In this document: positions 57,233 through 64,000 of the stretch, piece after piece
How the letters are laid out: every line of letters starts with the position of its first letter
Position numbering within the stretch: the stretch's first letter is position 1
Source: Desulfobacterales bacterium
Lineage (GTDB): Bacteria; Desulfobacterota; Desulfobacteria; Desulfobacterales; SURF-7
Direction: 5' to 3'
Assembly: GCA_046484745.1 (NCBI GenBank)
Contig: JAWOIJ010000053.1
Location: 45,468-109,467 of the forward strand
Length of the DNA: 64,000 nucleotides
The notes under the pieces: generated by a model
Told to the model about the DNA's origin: nothing
The model's database searches: none
What the model saw: only the letters and a program-made list of their open reading frames with translations
Made by a program: the position numbers and the translations under genes

Positions 57233-57802
57233 CTAAGGGTAGATTGTACTCAGGTAAAAGATCGAGTCTTCTTTTTTAATAAATATATTGAAGTAAATTT
57301 CATTACCTGCATTTTGGATAATCCTTTCCAAATCAATTAATCCATTTGAATCTGAGACGCTATTTTCTATGGTTTTTTTACTTGAGGTTTGAATGATTAA
57401 TTTTTCACCCGGACCAGGTTGTTGCTCACCACAAAGTACGATCCGACCTGTTTGGACGTTCCCATGATGTTTTTTTTCTGTTCCTGCTGCTTCCGCCCAC
57501 GCCCGTTGCAATACAAAACTGCCTACATGCGGTGTGGCTATTGCCGCTGGTGTTGCGAGAACCGCTGCCGCTTCGATGGCACGCTTCTTTTTTTCCTTGT
57601 AAACCTCCATTTCTTCCTGCATCTCCATACATATGGGCTGCTTTACCAGGAAAAATTGACCGGCTTTTGTTTCAAGCTTATATGCATACGTGATTTGTTC
57701 ACCCGCATACTTTTCCCCTTTAACGATCTCGGCTTCTGCATAGGCGGTGAAGAAAAATATGATAAAGAACAAAAAAAGTGAGCGAATTTTATTGGTCTTC
57801 AT
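57233..57802 (-). CDS. secreted hypothetical protein
   Basis: 189 aa. Signal peptide ...FFFTAYAEA. No family recognised. Confidence 0.5.
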   Translation of the reverse strand: MKTNKIRSLFLFFIIFFFTAYAEAEIVKGEKYAGEQITYAYKLETKAGQFFLVKQPICMEMQEEMEVYKEKKKRAIEAAAVLATPAAIATPHVGSFVLQRAWAEAAGTEKKHHGNVQTGRIVLCGEQQPGPGEKLIIQTSSKKTIENSVSDSNGLIDLERIIQNAGNEIYFNIFIKKEDSIFYLSTIYP

Positions 57803-57843
57803 TCTGATATCCTTTCATGACGACCGGTGTTCTGGTTTAACGA

Positions 57844-58671
57844 CTACTCCAGGACCGGGAACATTCCTTTTTCATGCATTATTGCAAGGCCATAATACGA
57901 AAGGCCGAAATTAATAACCGTCTTTTCACTTGTATACGGAGCAGGGTCCTTTTTTATGACAAAAGAATAAATCTGTTTGAACGGATAAGCCCTATCCTTT
58001 GGAGATCGTTTGTCTATGGTTAAAATTTTTATGGATTCTTCACCGGTAAGAGCGCCATTGGTCATAAAGGATATAGAGCCGGGTTTTTCTTGGACCTCCT
58101 CGATAACGGCAACAGAACGGTCAACGATTACATCATATTTGATCTCTCTCATCTGCATCACATTCATCCTGAAATTCTGATACGCTCCTGTCTCTTCTCC
58201 TGGAACAATAACTTCTATTTTCCGGTCTGCCCCTCCAAGTTCTTTCCAGTTGGACAGCCGTCCGCTGAAGATATCCCGTATTTGGTTCAATGAGAGATTG
58301 CTCAAGAGGCACGGCGTACCCGTTCCGGAATTAACATTTGTGAAAACCGCAATGGAATCGTAACAAAAGGGGATTTCAATATACCCCTTCTTTTTCAGTT
58401 CATCAGGCACTCCGAGTGAAATCAATGCGATATCGCTCGCATCATTGACCAGCCGATCCAACGCTTTGTGCGATGGGCCATTATAGATCTGAACAGGAAT
58501 CCCGAAAAAATTTTGAAAATCGATTACGATTTGTTTCCCATATGCTTTTGCAATCTGAGAAGAACAGGCAAAGCGAATACCTGAATTCGCATATGCCGGT
58601 AAAATAAGAATTGTAAAAAACAGCAGTGATAGCAGATTACAAAAGAGAAACATTGAAATAAATTTTTTCAT
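57844..58671 (-). CDS. PstS-like periplasmic substrate-binding domain protein (PBP_like_2)
   Basis: Signal peptide. LSLNQIRDIFSGRLSNWKELGG is the hallmark phosphate-binding-protein-family segment. No permease or ATPase genes are adjacent. Confidence 0.65.
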   Translation of the reverse strand: MKKFISMFLFCNLLSLLFFTILILPAYANSGIRFACSSQIAKAYGKQIVIDFQNFFGIPVQIYNGPSHKALDRLVNDASDIALISLGVPDELKKKGYIEIPFCYDSIAVFTNVNSGTGTPCLLSNLSLNQIRDIFSGRLSNWKELGGADRKIEVIVPGEETGAYQNFRMNVMQMREIKYDVIVDRSVAVIEEVQEKPGSISFMTNGALTGEESIKILTIDKRSPKDRAYPFKQIYSFVIKKDPAPYTSEKTVINFGLSYYGLAIMHEKGMFPVLE

Positions 58672-58996
58672 ATTTATTTCTCCTGATTAAGCAATTGAGT
58701 ATTGGAGTAAACCAGCACCAGCACGACGGATGGCTATAATTGGGAGAAAACCATACATTAGAATTGAAATAGATTGTGAAAACTTTAACGCAGCTATCAA
58801 TAAGTTGTCAAATGAAAAAAGAATGGCAAACCGTCCGGGATCGTTTCTCCTGCCATTAACAATGCCGACTATGGTATCGTTAATTCCATACAGGTTGTGA
58901 CAACTTCTGAAATTGACGCATTTCTCATTACGGAAGTGATAAGAATGAATCACCTGATAAAAAATCCGCGAATTGCCGATATCGTATACTTGATTT

Positions 58997-59224
58997 TTAC
59001 AAAATAACCATGGTTATGGCATCTGTCGGACAATCCTCCGCGCAACTTCCGCAACCGGTGCAAACAGATTCATTCAGCAGGTTTGGATACTTATGGTTTG
59101 GTATGCCGCCGCTTGCCACGGACATGGACAGACAGTCCACCGGACACGTATCAATGCATATTACGCACGAGTTGCATTTTTTGATGTTAAACTGGGGGAT
59201 TTTCTTTTCCTTATTGTTCGTCAT
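58997..59224 (-). CDS. 2x[4Fe-4S] ferredoxin
   Basis: CNSCVICIDTCP and CTGCGSCAEDCP. 75 aa. Confidence 0.9.
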   Translation of the reverse strand: MTNNKEKKIPQFNIKKCNSCVICIDTCPVDCLSMSVASGGIPNHKYPNLLNESVCTGCGSCAEDCPTDAITMVIL

Positions 59225-59284
59225 GCCGAGTACCTCATTTTTATTGCCACCGGATTGGTTTATTGCCCATGGTCGCCTTCATCA

Positions 59285-61279
59285 TTATGAATCTTTTTTT
59301 GAATCTTCGAGGCCAAGCCGGTTGAGTGATGAAGCCGAAGGCTCTCCGGTTTGGGGATCCCAGCCAAATTCTCGCCAGTAGTCCGACATCATGGTTTCCA
59401 GATCCACGGTGCGGCCTTTGTTTGCGCCCTCCTTTCGGGGCGGCAGCCCCAGGGCGCGCGGAGCGGCTTTTACTTCCCCTGGTTTGATTCCGTGCTTGAC
59501 ATTAAATGCCTGACGCAGGGTCTGAATCCGTGCTCCGATTTCCATATATTCCTCCGGGGTTTTATTCCACCCGGTGGCCGCGTTGAACCACTCAAAAACA
59601 GGAAAGCGAGGGGTTCCCATAAAAGCCGCAAACAAACAGGCACCGGCTCCATTTAAGAGGCTCATGTATTTACTGCATGCCGCACCCATGGCGGCCTTTG
59701 CTTCATCAGCCACATACTTTTTGTCTTTATGATAAATCATGGAAAAGAGCCCGAATCTGGGAACATTTTTTACCCGTTTCCAGAGCTGATACATTTCGTA
59801 ATACATCTGGGATCCAATGGTGTGTCTGCCGGGTGTCGGTTCAACGGCATAGTGAAGGTTGTAACCGGGATCATTTCGGCCATCATGCATCGGCAGGTCC
59901 TGGCCACCCACCTGGGAAGCATATTGCATGGCATTCAGCCCCAGTTTTTCCGCAGCCTTTTTGGATCCGTCCGCCAGAAGATCCCCGATCCCTTCCCGCT
60001 CGATCATTTTTTTCAGCAGGGCAATAATGGCTTCGGTGTTGCCCCAGCTTAGTTCAAGCCCATCGGTGTCTTCGGTGGTCAGCAGCGCTTTTTCAAAGCA
60101 TTCAATGGCAAATGCAACTGCCGAGCCTGCGGAAATGGTATCCATTCCCGCCCGGTTCAGCAGTTCGTTCATATAAAAAAGGCTGTCCGGGTCTTCATTC
60201 ATGCACAGGCCGCCAAGTGCCAAAACCGTTTCATATTCGGGTTTGTGGGTTTCACTGAATTCCCCTCCGGTTTTACCTTTGATTGCACATATGCCGCCGC
60301 AGCCCAGGGGGCAGGAATAGCAGTGATATTTAACCATTTCACATTCCGTAAACACATCGGGATTTATCGGTTTTGACTTTTTGGGCCCGAAATCCTTATT
60401 GCTTCCCAACCAGTTTTTAACCGGTGCATCACCCATTTCGATGCTGGCCTGATTCATACTGACGGTTCCCCATTTCCGCAGCATGATTTTATACAGAAGA
60501 CCATCCTGTACCATCTGGGTGGGCAATATTCGAAGCAGTGCGCCAAGGTAAGCCGTCATGGGGCCGGATAGAAACGGCGGCTGAAACTGGACCCATTTAT
60601 TGCACTTTTTGCTCAGCTTTTTCATTTCGTCACGGTTATGGGGAATCACTTTTTTAACGCCTGATAAAACCACCGCTTTCAGTTTTTTAGAACCCATTAC
60701 CGCGCCCAAACCCGAACGGGCGGCCATTCGTCCTCTGTCGTTTGAAATTCCTGAAATCAGGGAAAGCTTCTCACCTGCCGGGCCAATGCAGACGATACGG
60801 GGCTTTTTTTTAGCGGTAGATCGTTCAAGCAGAATTTCTTCCGTTTCAATGGCGTCTTTGCCCCAGAGATCAGAGGCATCCCGAAGCTCCGCCTTTCCTT
60901 TTTCTATGGATAGATAAACCGGTTTTTCACTGATACCGGTAAAAAAGATTCCATCATAACCGCATCTTTTAATCGCCGGTGAAAATGTTCCGCCGCAATT
61001 GGCATCACCCCATCCTCCGGTCAAAGGAGATTTGCCCACCACCATCCAGCGTCCGGTAAACAGACTTCCTGTGCCGGTCAGCAGACCGGATACAAAACCG
61101 AGCATATTTTCCGGCCCAAGAGGTTCCGCGTCTTTCGGAATGTTTTTGTACAGCATGTAAGCGCCCAGACCCAGGCCGGAGAGAACTTTTTCATAGACTT
61201 CATCCGGAATGACTTCCTCCTGAATCTGACCGCTGCTTAAATCCACCCGCAGCACTTTGCCCATATATGCGTGTCCCAT
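59285..61279 (-). CDS. aldehyde:ferredoxin oxidoreductase (tungstopterin AOR family), AOR-2
   Basis: LSGLGLGAYMLY, GKSPLTGGWGDANCGG, Cys cluster YHCYSCPLGCGG, DTISAGSAVAFA. 664 aa. SD AAGGAGAGGA. Confidence 0.9.
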   Translation of the reverse strand: MGHAYMGKVLRVDLSSGQIQEEVIPDEVYEKVLSGLGLGAYMLYKNIPKDAEPLGPENMLGFVSGLLTGTGSLFTGRWMVVGKSPLTGGWGDANCGGTFSPAIKRCGYDGIFFTGISEKPVYLSIEKGKAELRDASDLWGKDAIETEEILLERSTAKKKPRIVCIGPAGEKLSLISGISNDRGRMAARSGLGAVMGSKKLKAVVLSGVKKVIPHNRDEMKKLSKKCNKWVQFQPPFLSGPMTAYLGALLRILPTQMVQDGLLYKIMLRKWGTVSMNQASIEMGDAPVKNWLGSNKDFGPKKSKPINPDVFTECEMVKYHCYSCPLGCGGICAIKGKTGGEFSETHKPEYETVLALGGLCMNEDPDSLFYMNELLNRAGMDTISAGSAVAFAIECFEKALLTTEDTDGLELSWGNTEAIIALLKKMIEREGIGDLLADGSKKAAEKLGLNAMQYASQVGGQDLPMHDGRNDPGYNLHYAVEPTPGRHTIGSQMYYEMYQLWKRVKNVPRFGLFSMIYHKDKKYVADEAKAAMGAACSKYMSLLNGAGACLFAAFMGTPRFPVFEWFNAATGWNKTPEEYMEIGARIQTLRQAFNVKHGIKPGEVKAAPRALGLPPRKEGANKGRTVDLETMMSDYWREFGWDPQTGEPSASSLNRLGLEDSKKDS

Positions 61280-61290
61280 ATCCTCTCCTT

Positions 61291-62478
61291 TTACCAGGTG
61301 TAGGCTTCATTCAGTACATTCAAGGCGTCCTTTTCATCCATTTCCAGGGGATTAAAAGTCAGCGTACCGTCATTGATGGCCGTTTGTGCAATGCTTTCCA
61401 GCTGGCTTCTGGACACACCGGCCTCTTTTAAATTTCGAGGCAGACCACAGAGATCATGAAGGGTCTGCTGCAGCTTTCGAACCAGCACAATTGTTCTTGC
61501 CGCCCGCCGTTCTTCGGGCATTTTGGTATACTCTTCCATGCCGCCAAAGGGGAGCAATAGCTCGGCCACATATTTTTTCGTTTTTTCAAGATTGTATTCC
61601 AGTCCGATGGGTAAAAATATCGACATGGCCATGCCATGTGGTATGTGGCAGATTGCACCGACGGAATGCCCCAGCGCATGAACCATCCCGCACATGGAAT
61701 TGGAAAAGGCAGCCCCTGCCATGGTCGAAGCATTGGCCATGGCTGAACGGGCATTCTCGTCATTCCCGTCCTCTACCGCTTTGCACAGGTTTTCGCTGAT
61801 CAGCTTGATGGCGGCAAATGCATAGGCATCGCTCAAGGGATTTTTTTGCAGACAGGTGTATGACTCCATGGCATGGGTCAACGCATCCATGCCGGTGGCA
61901 GCCGTGATATGCGGCGGCATGGTTATGGTCATGCGTGGATCGAGTATGGCAACTTTGGGAAACAGAAGATGGGAGGCAAAACCCATTTTTACATTTTTTT
62001 CCGTATTCTTTATCACGGCGGCAAGGGTTACCTCTGACCCGGTTCCGGCTGTTGTGGGAATAACGACAAACGGCTGCATCGGTTTTTTCAGTCTGTCCGC
62101 GCCTTCAAATTCCATCAAATCATTGGAATTTTCACTGATCACGATGTTGACGCCCTTGGCGGTATCAATGGGGGAACCACCTCCGACAGCCACGATGGCA
62201 TCACAGCCGTTTTCACGGTAAACCGTTACAATGTCGTTCACCACTTTAGTGGATGAATCCGGCGGAACATCGTCATAAATGGCACCGATGGTCATGCCGG
62301 AACTGTCAAACGCGGTTTTGACATGCTTCATCAATCCGGCCTTTACCACTCCCTTGTCGCTGATAATGATCGGCCGGTTCACCCCCAGCTGATCAAGCTC
62401 ATAAGGAAGATTATCAAGTGCCTTTTTCCCTGACAGAATCTTTACGGGATTAAAAAATTCATAATAGCTGGGCAGCAT
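61291..62478 (-). CDS. iron-containing (group III) alcohol dehydrogenase
   Basis: VAVGGGSPIDTAKG, TTAGTGSEVT and metal-His contexts DALTHAMES and HALGHSVGAICHIPHG. Confidence 0.92.
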   Translation of the reverse strand: MLPSYYEFFNPVKILSGKKALDNLPYELDQLGVNRPIIISDKGVVKAGLMKHVKTAFDSSGMTIGAIYDDVPPDSSTKVVNDIVTVYRENGCDAIVAVGGGSPIDTAKGVNIVISENSNDLMEFEGADRLKKPMQPFVVIPTTAGTGSEVTLAAVIKNTEKNVKMGFASHLLFPKVAILDPRMTITMPPHITAATGMDALTHAMESYTCLQKNPLSDAYAFAAIKLISENLCKAVEDGNDENARSAMANASTMAGAAFSNSMCGMVHALGHSVGAICHIPHGMAMSIFLPIGLEYNLEKTKKYVAELLLPFGGMEEYTKMPEERRAARTIVLVRKLQQTLHDLCGLPRNLKEAGVSRSQLESIAQTAINDGTLTFNPLEMDEKDALNVLNEAYTW

Positions 62479-62536
62479 AATTGGCTCCTATGGTATGAGG
62501 TTATTTTTGATGGTTTCACAAAAAGTCCATTTTCGG

Positions 62537-63061
62537 TTATAGCCCGAAAGGCACGCCGATAACATTGACGACAACTTTAGTCATCATTTTTTTCAGCGTT
62601 AACGGCGGCACCCGTTTAAGCAAACGTTTGCAGATAAATTTCGGATAAAGAAGTGTTAACAGGGTGTTCAGGCAGCGGGTAAATGCCATCGCGTAGGCAA
62701 TGTCGCCTTTAACCGTCATTCTTCGCTCTGCAAATGCCTGAGCTGAGCCTATCTGAGGGGTCAGTACCAGAAAAGCACATTCAAGATTCTTAAAATTAAC
62801 CACCAGGTCGCCATCATCATATTTTGTACCGCGGTATTTAAGCCGGCCATTTATTTTTTTCATTGCCATTCGCGGGCCAAAAGGCAGAACATTCATAATG
62901 ATGATAAACCCTTCGGGCCATGCGGAAACTTCTTTTTTGATGTCTGAATCGTGTCTGGCTCCCGACTGAAAGGCCCGCCCCAAAACCATGAATACGATTT
63001 TGGCTATCAGGGCTTTAAACCATTTTTTCCCCGGTTTGATCGGGCGATATTTTTTACCCAT
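62537..63061 (-). CDS. hypothetical protein, possibly SCP2-like
   Basis: 174 aa from ATG 63061 (SD GGAAGGAG). AFAERRMTVKGDIAYAMAFTRCLN resembles the terminal helix region of SCP2 domains. Weak call. Confidence 0.45.
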   Translation of the reverse strand: MGKKYRPIKPGKKWFKALIAKIVFMVLGRAFQSGARHDSDIKKEVSAWPEGFIIIMNVLPFGPRMAMKKINGRLKYRGTKYDDGDLVVNFKNLECAFLVLTPQIGSAQAFAERRMTVKGDIAYAMAFTRCLNTLLTLLYPKFICKRLLKRVPPLTLKKMMTKVVVNVIGVPFGL

Positions 63062-63224
63062 GATGACTCCTTCCATATTGAATTTCAGTATTCCCGAAAG
63101 CTGACGAAAACCGCTACCATTACCCGGAGGGTTGCTTTTGATCCGGGCATCCGATCCCTTTGTTTCCATTCCGGATGATAATTCCCAAAACGGCAGAGAA
63201 TACGATATTGGACCGATAAGGTGG

Positions 63225-63791
63225 CTATCGTGCCATTTTTAATAAATAGCGGACGATATCCTTGACCGCAATATTCTGGATTTTCAGCATGGATTGAATG
63301 ATGAGACCATCCAGAACCGCTACCAGTATGGTTGCAAGAACTTCGAAATCGCTCTGTCCCGGAAGGATTTTTTCAAGGCCTTCTTCCATGGTTTCAAACC
63401 AGTGCCGATAAGTTGCAATAAACCTTTCTTTCAAAACCTTGTTTTCAGTCAGGGCCTCCCGGATCAGGTAAAGATGCAGCCGGCTTCTGGTTTCCGCCTG
63501 TAATATGGTTTCCACCATGGCGGTTAAAACCGTTTCAGGAGATGGCGGCTCTTCGATCCGGTCAATCAGCATAAACAGATCATTTGAGATCTGTTCGATG
63601 TGATCCACCGCGATATCAAAAATCAGGTCATTTTTCGTTGCGTAATAATAGTACAGGGTGCCCTTGCTGATACCGATTTCACGCGCGATATCCGACAGGC
63701 TGGCATTATCGATCCCTTTTTGAATGATCAGGCGGGTTGCACCATCGATAATTGTCTTTTTTTTCTGAACATGTTTGTTATTGGGCGCCAT
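63225..63791 (-). CDS. TetR/AcrR-family transcriptional regulator
   Basis: N-terminal HTH ASLSDIAREIGISKGTLYYYYATKNDL plus a helical ligand-binding domain. 188 aa. Confidence 0.92.
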   Translation of the reverse strand: MAPNNKHVQKKKTIIDGATRLIIQKGIDNASLSDIAREIGISKGTLYYYYATKNDLIFDIAVDHIEQISNDLFMLIDRIEEPPSPETVLTAMVETILQAETRSRLHLYLIREALTENKVLKERFIATYRHWFETMEEGLEKILPGQSDFEVLATILVAVLDGLIIQSMLKIQNIAVKDIVRYLLKMAR

Positions 63792-64000
63792 TTTTCTCCA
63801 AAATTCGGCCAGCCGGCCGAATCATGAATTCTTCTAACATGATGCCCTGAATTCTGTCAAGAGGTTCCAGATCGTTATCGGCGGTTGCGGGAAAGTGAGT
63901 AAAACCATCTTTGACGACCTGTTTCTTTTTTCATGGTTCCCCTGCGGTTCAACAGCTCTTTTTATATCGTTGACACACAATTTTTTCTTGAATATACAAA

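Overview
This 64-kb chromosomal segment reads like an anaerobic Desulfobacterales-type deltaproteobacterium. That placement is inferred from gene content only; no database search was possible. I found no rRNA, tRNA or CRISPR array.

- **1-15 kb:** mostly housekeeping. It holds rpsA (cut by the window edge), sppA, tsaC, guaB, dnaE, a KAS III, ycgN, prc and an aminotransferase. A very AT-rich islet at 12.3-13.5 kb interrupts it and carries two ORFs I cannot assign.
- **15.8-23.9 kb:** a decayed accessory patch. It contains a group II intron maturase fragment, a duplicated yefM promoter and 5' end fused to an oxidoreductase remnant, an IPTL-CTERM tail remnant, an IS91-like transposase tail and a USP remnant. 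It also has an intact YefM-YoeB pair followed by an attC-like palindrome, an MNT nucleotidyltransferase with no HEPN partner, and a GNAT. Intact K+ channel, GntR and MBL genes are interspersed.
- **24-40 kb:** a PAS-GGDEF protein, a TolC/MacA/MacB-type efflux system, and mixed genes. The mixed genes include an RRM protein with an RGG-repeat tail and a striking bacterial EHD-like dynamin-superfamily ATPase with a C-terminal membrane hairpin.
- **40.9-63.8 kb:** the main candidate for something new. Two paralogous 793-aa glycyl-radical enzymes of the eliminase type have no activase anywhere in the window. They sit among crotonase, ATC-hydrolase-like, PadR, SDR/epimerase, CoA-transferase AB, MmgE/PrpD, acyl-CoA dehydrogenase and SCP2 genes. 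Two tungsten-type aldehyde:ferredoxin oxidoreductases, a ferredoxin, an Fe-alcohol dehydrogenase and a TetR regulator lie alongside.

All family calls rest on motifs read by eye and recalled family knowledge.
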